From Octopus bimaculoides (taxonomy: Eukaryota), in assembly GCF_001194135.2 (NCBI RefSeq), contig NC_068985.1, positions 39,918,319 to 39,982,318 of the forward strand: a stretch of 64,000 nucleotides of DNA, written 5' to 3'. Positions 12,250 through 23,069 of the stretch are shown piece after piece (within the stretch, counting starts at the first letter, position 1; each line of letters begins with the position of its first letter). Both the position numbers and the translations under genes were made by a program. The notes under the pieces were generated by a model, which did no database searches, had not been told where the DNA came from, and saw only the letters and a program-made list of their open reading frames with translations.

Positions 12250-12292
<43 letters not shown>

Positions 12293-12447
12293 GTATGTGT
12301 ATATATATGTATATATATGTATGTGTATATATATGTATATATATGTATGTGTATGTATATGTATGTATATATGTATGTGTATGTGTATGTATATGTATGT
12401 ATATATGTATGTGTATGTATATGTATGTATATATGTATGTGTATATG

Positions 12448-12478
<31 letters not shown>

Positions 12479-12720
12479 GCATATTTGTATGTGTATATGT
12501 ATGTATATATATGTATGTATACATATATCTATGTGTGTGTATATATGTATNNNNNNNNNNNNNNNNNNNNNNNNNNNNNNNNNNNNNNNNNNNNNNNNNN
12601 NNNNNNNNNNNNNNNNNNNNNNNNNNNNNNNNNNNNNNNNNNNNNNNNNNNNNNNNNNNNNNNNNNNNNNNNTATATATATATTTATATGTATATATATA
12701 TATGCAAAACACCCACACAC
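12040..12720. repeat. compound (TA/TG/TATG)n microsatellite in the CCDC51 intron, with assembly gap
   Basis: Low-complexity AT/GT run. Source of the spurious MYVYI-type ORFs. Confidence 0.95.
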
Positions 12721-13068
12721 ATATATAAACCGCTGTTAATTGATCACACCAAGCTTGAGGAAATTGTTATATCGATGAGGTCCAATATGACCAAAACATG
12801 TCTATAGCAGATCAAATTTTTCCCAAAGCATGTAAATTAGGTTTTGGAATTACCTTCCCTTTTTTTTGAAGGTATTAATAATTACTGTTAGGTTTTGGGT
12901 TTTTTTTTCCAATTAAGAAGAGAATTTTTATCACCCTGTAACTATAATTCATGCTATTGGTCCACTTAAGTCGTTTCATTATTTCATTAATTTTTTAAAA
13001 TTATGCTTGCAATATGTTGTCATTCAGCATAAACCTATCATAAATATACATATTCATCTCTTTTACAG

Positions 13069-13974
13069 TCTGAGAAAAATTTTTTGAAAATTCAAGAACA
13101 GCGCCGCCAAAAAAGTCATGAGCTTTTTGAAATTCAAATGAGTCTTCGGAAGATCAATGCTGAGCTGGAGAAGATAAACCGAGCCGATGATAAATACTTG
13201 GCATTGCTAACTCAAGAGCATGCAATCATACAGAGAGAGGCAAACTTAAACAATGATTTAAGCGATCTTGAAAAGCTAGAGAAGGAACATTTCACAGCTC
13301 TATCAATATCAGTACGAGAAAGTCATGAAAAAGAACGTGCTCAATCTGAGAAAACCAAATATTGGTCTGTTATTGGTTCCATTATTGGTGCCTTGCTAGG
13401 TATAATTGGTACAACCATAAACAACAAAATGAGAATGAATGAGTTACGTTCAATTGTGACCAAATCTACTGAAGAGGGGCAACAGCAAAGGGATTTAACA
13501 GAGAAGGTAATTGCTGCTTTAAAGAAACAATTGGCTTCAACAGAGGCTTTCATCTCTGAATTACATGGAGTATTGAAATCAAATGTGTTAACTCCAGCAA
13601 CTCTCTCTAATATGGGAGAACAATTTATTCATTACAATAAGGAACACTCTAAAGATTCAACTGCTGCTTTCTTAACTGGTAGCTCCCAAAAACTGGAGCA
13701 GCAAACTGCAGAGTTATTGACCTGCCTTAAACACCAGGACAAATACCTAACAATTGAACTGGCAGCCATTAAAGAACTCTTACAAAAAACTCATGTGGAT
13801 GTAAACAAAGATGGCATTATCTATATTAACCCTGATATTGATCACCATCTTGAAGATAATAATCGGAAACTGGAACAACGCTTGAAATTGCACTCTTTAG
13901 CAACAGTGACTTTCATTTATGCAGCATTTGCTTTAACTCTGCCTGTACTGTATTCAATCTTTCGAGGGAACTGA
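13069..13974 (+). CDS. CCDC51: CCDC51 / MITOK, coding exon 2 (301 aa + stop; whole protein 377 aa)
   Basis: Acceptor CATCTCTTTTACAG ends at 13068 in phase 0 (SEKNFLKIQE...). Conserved VRESHEKERAQSEKTKYWSVIGSIIGALLGIIG (TM1) and C-terminal TM2 ending TLPVLYSIFRGN*. Candidate AATAAA at 14517-14522. Confidence 0.95.
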   Translation, partial: SEKNFLKIQEQRRQKSHELFEIQMSLRKINAELEKINRADDKYLALLTQEHAIIQREANLNNDLSDLEKLEKEHFTALSISVRESHEKERAQSEKTKYWSVIGSIIGALLGIIGTTINNKMRMNELRSIVTKSTEEGQQQRDLTEKVIAALKKQLASTEAFISELHGVLKSNVLTPATLSNMGEQFIHYNKEHSKDSTAAFLTGSSQKLEQQTAELLTCLKHQDKYLTIELAAIKELLQKTHVDVNKDGIIYINPDIDHHLEDNNRKLEQRLKLHSLATVTFIYAAFALTLPVLYSIFRGN

Positions 13975-15485
13975 ATCATTGTGATTTTTTAGAAGAAAAA
14001 AAAGAAAAAAATTCATGGTATGAATTTTATCTGAATCTGTGATAGCAAATTTTGTATCTACACAATGCCTTCCTGTTTTGTTTTTAATGATTTATTTGTG
14101 ATTTCTCATATTTTCTTATAAGACTTGAGAGATTTGCTGATCATTTAAATTGTTATTTTCGTAGACTGATGTTGATATTGTAACATCATAGCAGCATCTA
14201 CTAAGATATAAAGATTAACAAATGAGGTGGGTGTGGGATTATATTGTATCTTTTTGATTAGCTATTGAAAGTTTCATTTTTGTATAAATCACTTGAACGA
14301 TTTTTTTCAACAATGATTGCATTTTCTGCTTCCAGGCACAAATGTAAAGATGTCTGCTTTTATTACATTGAGACCTTAAACTGATTCAAATTGACTGAAC
14401 AATTTCTAATAACCATTTCCATCTGACTCTCAATACACAAAAACTATAAATGACAAGACACCAAAACATTCTTCTGCCAATCACTATATTCTTCATTAAT
14501 ATTTTAAAAAATAAGAAATAAAATAGAAACCACTTTAAAAGATGAGGAAAACAATTTTGCGTAATGACATTGGAAAATTTCTTCGGAATGCTTTTAGCAT
14601 GAAAAACATACATTTAAGTGTAGGCTACTATACTTAATGTATCCTCATTCTGTTGTGTTAATCTGCACTTGTCAGCACAGTTCATAGTAATTTGTTTCAA
14701 ACCATATGGTCTCTTTTACTACATTTCCTCCAATGACTTGTGGACCCTGAGAACTTTTCTAAGTACTATCATAAGATGGATACAGTATCTGTCTACTTGC
14801 TTCTGGATCACAAGTTCATATCCACTGCTGGCATATTCTTGTTTTCCTCAGTTTAGTTATAAATACTAGATCAATTTGTAAATGCTCTGCCTTAGACCAG
14901 AGTCAACTTTGCCATTAGGTCTGAACTCTGATTCTGGTTACAGTCTTTTCCATGTTAAACTCTTCTATCATGAAGCATCTTCCTCCATTAGATAGCTATT
15001 ATCCTTTAACCGCAAGCAATTTCCTTCGTCTTTTTCATTTGGTTCTAACTGTATAAATAACATGATAACTCTGTATTACCTCAATTTCAATTCCCACTGC
15101 AGGCCCAGGTTCTATGATGAGTTATAATTCCAAAGAATAAAGTCTACCAAACCGAAGTAAATTCAGTCCAACATTATTGTTCCCCTGTAATCACTACCAG
15201 AAACTTCTGACATACATAATTAATTAACAGTAATCACCCTCTGGATAATCCCAGCCAATGCACTAATGCAAACCTGAAGAAACCTTATTGCTCTGCCACT
15301 TCTGCACTCACACAATGAAGTGCTAGTCTATATGAGTAATGTTTATTGGGGTTCCCTGATACCAACAACAACAACAATCAAAGAAAAACAATCAACTTTT
15401 ATCTTCCTAATGATTGAGTTACATTGATACATTATTTATATTATTTACATTTGACGGATATTTGTCCTCATCTTGTTTGTTGTTA

Positions 15486-15529
15486 ACACAACATTTCAGC
15501 TGATATACCCTCCAGCCTTCATCAGATGT
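15486..15529 (-). ncRNA. minimal type I hammerhead ribozyme motif (degenerate) in inverted pLTR
   Basis: Minus strand ACAT-CTGATGA-A-GGCTG-loop-CAGCT-GAAA-TGTT-GTGT. Core CUGAUGA/GAAA is intact; stems I, II and III each rely on G-U wobbles. Confidence 0.5.
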
Positions 15530-15984
15530 CTTGGGGAAATTTCAAACCTGGGTTCTCATTCCTGTGGTGGTGGCGGTGTTGTTGTTAACCACTACAACAA
15601 TAGAAGAGAATATGACCAAAGACTGCATGTACTCCATCCCATGCAGCTGTGGTAGGTTATACAAAGGCGAAACATGCCACCCTCTCAAAATAAGGGTAGG
15701 TGAACATTACAAAGCTGTGACACGAGGAGATATTGATAAATTGAGTATAGCTGATCATGTATGGAAAAATGGAGACCGCCTCCCTCTGTGGGAAGAAGTT
15801 AAAATAATAGACAGAGAACACCACTGGAAATACAAAAACTAAAAGAAGCAGCACATATGCTAGGGCACAACAACCTCCTAAGCAGACCGAGTGCAGATAT
15901 GAATAGCATGTGGGAACCGGTATTAAGGAAGGATAGGAAAATATTAGATTTATAAGCCCTAAAATTCACTTCATAATTGCCCAC

Positions 15985-16057
15985 GGGCATATGGCTTAGT
16001 GGTTAAGAGCACAGGCTATTAACCCCAAGATTCCGAGTTTGATTCTAGGTAGTGACC
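15985..16057 (+). other. tRNA-like Pol III head (A box TGGCTTAGTGG, degenerate B box GTTTGATTC) followed by (AAT)n, inside the Penelope-like element
   Basis: A-box and B-box spacing is typical of tRNA-derived heads. Acceptor stem not intact, so not a tRNA gene. Confidence 0.6.
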
Positions 16058-16135
16058 TGAATAATAATAATAATAATAATAATAACATTGAAAATTACCT
16101 TAGGAATGAGAACCCAGGCTTGAAATTTCCGCAAG

Positions 16136-16179
16136 ACACCTGATGAAGGCGGGAGGGTATACCAGCCGAAGTGTTGTGT
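16136..16179 (+). ncRNA. minimal hammerhead ribozyme motif, core mutated (GAAG instead of GAAA)
   Basis: ACAC-CTGATGA-A-GGC...GCC-GAAG-TGTT-GTGT. Stem I ACAC/GTGT is perfect. Confidence 0.45.
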
Positions 16180-17717
16180 TAACAGAGATGAAGACAAATA
16201 TCCATCAAATGTAAATAATGTATTCAAGTAAATAATGTTCCTCATCTCTTAAATATAGAACTGTAAAACTTCATTCATATATGAACTTCAATAAATAAGT
16301 TTCTTCACACTGACTGATCACAAAAATATCTCATACAAAAATTTTTTCAAATGCATTCATGGGAATGATTGGTATTTCCTTCCCAGAAGCATTTATGTGT
16401 GTAATATATGAAACTATGGACAAGAAAGAGGTTTTTTTTTAATATTAATGTGTATCTGAGTTAGACTGTCACTTCCATACATTATTGTATGAAGCAATAG
16501 TGAAGAGTCAGTTCAATATTATTGTTTCCCTATAATCATGAATAGAATCTTCCAACAGAAATCTTAACAAACTGTGTACCACTGCTAGATAATCCTACTC
16601 AAAGCACCCACATTTCCCTATCATTATTGATATATCATTTCCCAAATTCTGTTCTATAGACTTTGCCCAATCATCTGAATTTGCTTGTTAGTTTTGACAG
16701 AAGAATTGTGCATTGTAGTAACTGAATACACTTATTGATCTTTTTAAGGGTTCTTGTCACGATTTCAAATTTTGAAATTTGATATAAATTAGTGAGGCAG
16801 AGGAAATCAAAATCTCTTTAAGAATGCAAAAAAAAACAAAATCGAATTTATGCAATGAGTAATGTAGTGTATTGCAACTGAGTAGATAACTATAATATGA
16901 AGAGAAGTATCATCTTGGAAATGCCTGACACAAAGCAAACATTTATATGCCTTCGAACATGGTGTCCTGTAAAAAGAATTTTTTTTTTATTAAAAAAAAC
17001 ATAAAATTTAACAGTAGAAACAACAAATTCCAAAATAATATTCTGTAATAAAAGTAATAGAAATCATCAAAAACAAGTCTCCTGTATCTGTGGCTTCTCG
17101 TCAGATTATACCATTATGATGTGTGCTAATAGAGCTCTTTCTAACCCACGTTCTATCAATTCTGTGCCCCAGAGTTTGGTTTTGTCTGCAAACTCTTCCT
17201 CCTGTACATCAGTGACTTACTTGCTGTCACTTCTAACAATGGTCACTCCTGCGAAGATGATATCATACCACCCTTCATTTCTCCAAACATCATTCACATG
17301 CAGCCTAGACATCTCAAACCAAATCTACATTGATTCCATGAAATAAAATGCCATAAACATTCTCCAGTGGATTATGTCAGTTTTGTCAACAATCAGTACT
17401 CAATCATTACACAGGAGCAATACAAAGAACACAATCATTAAACATATCCTCTGCCCCTACCCCTCTCACCTGTTCTTCTGTTGCACCTTCACTAACTTGT
17501 ACCTTGAAGGTACATCCTGATATTTCATTACCCCCTCTTTTCTCCTTTTCCAGCTGGAGTAACCATGTGTCTCCTCTACAAGACACTTGTTCCTAGTTAA
17601 CTATCATGCTGTAGCCTCTCAATACCTGGCATAAACCACTTCCATCAATACTACCTCCCCTCTATCAAAGGGTCTTCTTTTGCAAGCTACTTGATGATCT
17701 TATTAGTACTGTTGCTA

Positions 17718-17910
17718 TGGAAAAGCACCTAGTGTACTCTGTAAAGTGGTTGGTGTTAGGAAGGGCATCCAGCTGTAGAAACCATGTCAAATCAGAAACA
17801 CAGACATTGGAACTTGACACAATCCTCTGACTTGTCAAATGCTTTCAAATCATCTAACTCATTCCAGCACATCATGTGCATGTTAATTCACAATGATGAT
17901 GGTGGTGGTG
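17718..17910 (+). mobile_element. degenerate RTE LINE 3' UTR fragment
   Basis: AAAAGCAC...GTTAGGAAGGGCATCCAGCTGTAGAAA...GATGATG tail, similar to 62602-62923. Confidence 0.6.
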
Positions 17911-18004
17911 GCAGTGGTGGTGGAAAACATTATAGCCTCACCACACCCCACTCCTTCCTTAAACATAAACAGTTTATAATTAGAATTCTCAAGATTGCTA
18001 CATA

Positions 18005-18380
18005 TACTCTTTTACTTGTTTCAGTCATTTGACTGCGGCCATGCTGGAGCACCGCCTTTTAGTCTAGTAAATCAACCCCAGGACTTATTCTTTGTAAGCC
18101 TAGTACTTATTCTATCGGTCTCTTTTGCTGAACTGCTAAGTTACGGGGACGTAAACACACCAGTATCGGTTGTCAAGCGATGTTGGGGGGACAAACATAT
18201 ACACACACATACATATATATATACATATATACGACGGGCTTCTTTCAGTTTCCGTTTACCAAATCCACTCACAAGGCTTTGGTCGGCCCGAGGCTATAGT
18301 AGAAGACACTTGCCCAAGGTGCCATGCAGTGGGACTGAACCCGGAACCATGTGGTTGGTAAGCAAGCTACTTAGCACACT
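18005..18380 (-). mobile_element. tRNA-derived SINE, family A (CORE-like CCTTGGGCAAGT box, internal TA/TG microsatellite)
   Basis: Near full-length reverse copy of the family also seen at 25940, 39972, 44827 and 61375. Confidence 0.85.
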
Positions 18381-18958
18381 TTGCCTTCACTGAGGATCTC
18401 TCCTAACAATTGCAGATCAAAAACATAGTCAAAACAGCATCACATAGACATCTGTAAGTATTCCAGATTCTCAGCAATTTTTAACTTTCTACAAAGTTCA
18501 AGACCCACAGTGGAGTACCATTCCTAGATCAGAGATAGTGTTGCTGTTATACACTGATGTCCTAGAGCATCTAAAGAAGCCATTCAGCTGACTGGCATAA
18601 AGTCACTCACCAACACACTCCAAGCTCTAGTCCATAGACATGTCATCCTCTCTTTTTTTTTTCACTGATACTGCAATGGCTTCAGCTCCTTAGTGCTGAC
18701 TGGTCTCCTGCCATCTCTGTTTGGGCATCCTCAATTCACTTGTATCTCACCTCACCACTCATATTATGTCCACTACTAGTACCAAACCCTATACTAACCA
18801 GTCCTTCCTCTCCAGAGTGTTGGCCCTCTGGAATCTTCTCCCCACACATGTCTCATTTGCATCTCTTCAAGAGGAATTTTAAGTACACCAACCTTACCAG
18901 TTTTAAATAGGTTGCAAAGGCCATAGGAACAACATCTTTCTTCAGACTAAACAAATAA

Positions 18959-19283
18959 TTGTTGGCACTCTGTCACTTACGACGTCGAGGGTTCCAGTTG
19001 ATCCGATCAACGGAACAGCCTGCTCGTGAAATTAACGTGCAAGTGGTTGAGCACTCCACAGACACGTGTACCCTTAACGTAGTTCTGAGGGAGATTCAGC
19101 GTGACACAGTGTGACAAGGCTGACCTTTTGAATTACAGGCACAACAGAAACAGGAAGTAAGAGTGAGAGAAAGTTGTGGTGAAAGAGTACAGCAGGGTTC
19201 GCCACCATCCCCTGCCGGAGCCTCGTGGTGCTTTAGGTGTTTTCGCTCAATAAACACTCACAACGCCTGGTCTGGGAATCAAA
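18959..19283 (-). mobile_element. SINE family C, head lost in N gap
   Basis: Reverse complement of 8300-8667. Confidence 0.85.
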
Positions 19284-20123
19284 NNNNNNNNNNNNNNNNN
19301 NNNNNNNNNNNNNNNNNNNNNNNNNNNNNNNNNNNNNNNNNNNNNNNNNNNNNNNNNNNNNNNNNNNNNNNNNNNNNNNNNNNNNNNNNNNNNNNNNNNN
19401 NNNNNNNNNNNNNNNNNNNNNNNNNNNNNNNNNNNNNNNNNNNNNNNNNNNNNNNNNNNNNNNNNNNNNNNNNNNNNNNNNNNNNNNNNNNNNNNNNNNN
19501 NNNNNNNNNNNNNNNNNNNNNNNNNNNNNNNNNNNNNNNNNNNNNNNNNNNNNNNNNNNNNNNNNNNNNNNNNNNNNNNNNNNNNNNNNNNNNNNNNNNN
19601 NNNNNNNNNNNNNNNNNNNNNNNNNNNNNNNNNNNNNNNNNNNNNNNNNNNNNNNNNNNNNNNNNNNNNNNNNNNNNNNNNNNNNNNNNNNNNNNNNNNN
19701 NNNNNNNNNNNNNNNNNNNNNNNNNNNNNNNNNNNNNNNNNNNNNNNNNNNNNNNNNNNNNNNNNNNNNNNNNNNNNNNNNNNNNNNNNNNNNNNNNNNN
19801 NNNNNNNNNNNNNNNNNNNNNNNNNNNNNNNNNNNNNNNNNNNNNNNNNNNNNNNNNNNNNNNNNNNNNNNNNNNNNNNNNNNNNNNNNNNNNNNNNNNN
19901 NNNNNNNNNNNNNNNNNNNNNNNNNNNNNNNNNNNNNNNNNNNNNNNNNNNNNNNNNNNNNNNNNNNNNNNNNNNNNNNCAGACAGTGTATTCCGTTGAA
20001 TTAATTTATTTTGTAACTAAAATTACAAAAACCACTCAAAATAAATTAAATAATTCAACGGAATACACTGTCTGCAAGTCGATGGATACCACATATTCTT
20101 CTCCATTTTCTTATTGCTATATA

Positions 20124-20161
<38 letters not shown>

Positions 20162-20304
20162 TAGAATATGAGAGGTTTAGTTCACTGGTGATCTAAATGA
20201 ATAGGTACACTGTGTAGATGCTATAACTGGTCATCCCTTAGATTCCAAGTTCACAGCTGAGACTGGAGCTAGGGATCCGTAGTAGCCTTCTGAGTTAGCA
20301 GGTA

Positions 20305-20523
20305 TATATTTGTGTGTGTGTGTGTGTGTTTGTCCCCTCCCCTACCATCGCTTGACAGCCAATGTTGGTGTGTTTATGTCCCCTATTACTTAGTGGTTCG
20401 GCCAAAGAGACTAATAGAATAATCACCAGGCTTACAAAGAATAAGTTCAGGGGTTGATTTCTTCAACTAAAAGGTGGTGCTCCATCATGGCCACAGTCAA
20501 ATGACTGAAACAAATAAAAGAAT
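20305..20523 (+). mobile_element. SINE family A, 3' half
   Basis: CATCGCTTGACA..GGTGTGTTTA..GGCTTACAAAGAATAAG..AAATGACTGAAACAA tail. Confidence 0.75.
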
Positions 20524-20895
20524 GTATGGTGCTACTATGATATATACCTTACTATTTGTGACCTACCATAAAAGCTCTCTACCAAACAACTCACTTATGA
20601 TCTTCAGCAATTAATCAACCTCCGAAATCAGAGGATTCTGAGGCAGAACTTATAAGAAGAACCATGGGGTATGCATAGATGGCCTCTCCCTTATTAAATT
20701 TTGCTAATCTATCTCCAGTAAAATTTTATTGTAAGCTATTTATATTGATACAACAGCTGGAGAATCTAATAATTTTATTTTATGATAAAAACATTACAAG
20801 TAATACCATGTTATAAAATGAATAGGATATATAATCCAACTATTTTGTCAATCCGGTATTGTCATATTTTATGTTAGTTATTCCTAGTCATCATA

Positions 20896-21030
20896 CATAA
20901 CTTAGCGGTTCGGCATAAAGTGGCCAATAGAATAAATATTAGGTTTTAAAATAATAAATCCTGGGGTTAGTTTTGTTCGACTAAAACCCTTCAAGACAGT
21001 GCCTCAGCATGGCTGCAGTCAAGGAAAAGA
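20896..21030 (+). mobile_element. SINE family A, 3' fragment followed by poly(A)
   Basis: AACTTAGCGGTTCGGCA...CAGCATGGCTGCAGTCAA, then an A28 run at about 21039-21066. Confidence 0.6.
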
Positions 21031-21150
21031 ACAAAGCCAAAAAAAAAAAAAAAAAAAAAAAAAAAAGCAAAGTGAAATGGCTGTCAGAAAATGAACCTAT
21101 ATATTACATATTTCGCTCACCAAGAGCTTAGCACTACTTGCACAATTTAG

Positions 21151-21724
21151 GGTTCTTTTTTAAAACGGGGGCCACATTTTTCATTAATGTTTTACGTAGT
21201 GTTTTTGGTACCGAAAGACTTTCAAACTTCGTATACTTATCTATTTTGTGTTATAGAACAGAAAAATACTTTTGTATTCGAATTTATTTCATGTAAAAAA
21301 TTGTCTTATTTCGATAATTTCAACCATTCACTGACAAGTATTCAGTTGTTTACATTTACTCCTTTGGCTCATTAAGCGATGTAAAGCGTATTTAATCTCC
21401 ATACCTTCGTTTTATTTGCTTTTTTCATTTTAAATTTGCTTTAACCCTAACCCTAACCCTAGGGTTAGGGTTAGGGTTAGGGTTAATTGTTTCAGAATCG
21501 TTTGTTTATGTAGTCGGCACTTAATGTATATCGGCTGAATGGACGTCAGTGATTGGTTGAAATTACAGAAATACGACAACTTTAACATGGAATAATTTAT
21601 GGATTTCTTTTTTTTTAAAGAAGACTAAGAGAAAAAGATGTTTTATATGACACATTCTACCAGTGTTCCAAGTTTCAAAGTGTTTCGTTAATGAAAAATG
21701 TGGCCCCCGTTTTAAAAAAGATCC
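21151..21724. mobile_element. non-autonomous DNA transposon (MITE), Merlin-type, 574 bp
   Basis: TIRs of about 37 bp, GG(T/A)TCTTTTTTAAAACGGGGGCCACATTTTTCATTAA. Perfect 8-bp TSD CAATTTAG at 21143-21150 and 21725-21732. 5'-GG termini with an 8-bp TSD are Merlin (IS1016/IS1595-related) hallmarks. Confidence 0.85.
21441..21486. repeat. inverted telomeric-repeat palindrome (CCCTAA)n(TTAGGG)n inside the MITE
   Basis: TTAACCCTAACCCTAACCCT|AGGGTTAGGGTTAGGGTTAGGGTTAA. 21442-21479 is a perfect 38-bp palindrome. Confidence 0.95.
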
Positions 21725-23069
21725 CAATTTAGGTTTATTTATTTGAAATACTGCTAAGTCTGTAAGCTAGCAGAACCGTTAGAGCATCGGGGGGGGGGGG
21801 CCCACTTTGCTTTTTACAAGCATGATAGTAGGAGTCCATTGATGCTCATTCTTCAATCCTGTCCTATTCATCATAGTCGTTCAGTAATCGCATGACAACT
21901 CTCATATACTGATGAACTATAGCTGAATATCTGGAGGAGTTAGCGAGGAAATTCCAGGTATGGAAACTAGACTTATAATCGAAAGTGTTACAGATTATAG
22001 AAATGTTACAGAGGGGCGCGCGAACTGATATAGGTATATACACACGATTTGTCAACAAACGGGATATATTTTCCGTGACAAAACGCAGTGAGTAGCTTAT
22101 TCGAACGTGCCTCAAGCATATTCGGATTGATAATAACATTACAACTATAGGAATGATTAAAAGAAACAAAGGGAAGTAATGTAATTGTAAGATATCAGAA
22201 TTATGCACCTTGGATAAGATACCGGGAAAGAATTTTACTCTCGGGCCAGCTTTGATTGACAGACTTGTCAAAAACCTTCCTGCCATGACCATTATGCAAT
22301 AGTTGTAGTTATTATTTCATTTATCCAATGCCTCGCTTTTTTTTCATTTAAGATCATTTCAGTGATATTTGGCTGCTATTTCTAACAGGTTAAGGGATGA
22401 CATAGAGGTTCCACTGGCTACTGTATGAGAGTTCGGTTAAAGTGATTGCTTCACAGAACTCAAAAAAACTGCTTTTAGCAACACACCAGCTCCTTCAAAA
22501 ATGATTTCAAAATAAATACATTATTTTTTTCACAATCTTATGGGACTAGAAAGACAAAAGATGTGACAACAAAATTACAGAGGCAGTTTGGGCATAGCCA
22601 CAACATTGTTGAAACAAAGCAAAATGTTGTGACCTTGACATATTAGAGAAAATTCACATGCTTTATCATAAGGCACTGAACTAAATAGAGGAAAGGAGGT
22701 ATCTAGTGCTATCATATGCAGACTTTTTGCTGATAAACCTAGAAATTTCTGCTGAGTCACAAAGAACTCTCTCTACACCAGCTGACACCACATGACCAGT
22801 CACTGTCTAGTTTCATTCCTGACTGTTCCATATGTGTATCACATGAAAACTTAGTAAAGATTTCGAAAGATAGTTATTTACACACTCGTGCATATATCCC
22901 ATTTAAGATACAGGCAGACTTGTGGCTGAGAGGTTCAGTTACTCTGGAATTTTGAGCAAATGTCTGTTATAGGTCCAAACTGGAGGCTGTTTTTCATTTT
23001 CTTAATCCATGGAGAAATACCTAAATTAGCCCTGTGTATATAGCTATATAAGTTATATATATTGACATC

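Larger units (their letters stand above)
15440..16222 (+). mobile_element. 5'-truncated Penelope-like element (GIY-YIG endonuclease end) with inverted terminal pseudo-LTRs
   Basis: MYSIPCSCGRLYKGETCHPLKIRVGEH matches the PLE GIY-YIG motif. 15440-15563 is a degenerate reverse complement of 16102-16222. Confidence 0.85.

Noticed and set aside
11975-12807. Long ORFs rich in Y/I/M/V/C/H (also 28705-30292, 37158-37565, 40131-40762)
   Set aside because: Translations of TA/TG/CA microsatellites and N gaps; no coding signal.
21441-21486. Ancient telomere-telomere fusion site
   Set aside because: A fusion gives (TTAGGG)n(CCCTAA)n. Here the order is reversed, very short, and inside a TSD-flanked transposon.
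21864-22292. 142-aa minus-strand ORF in a CpG-retaining patch
   Set aside because: No recognisable motif, splice context or codon pattern; more likely a younger unclassified insertion.
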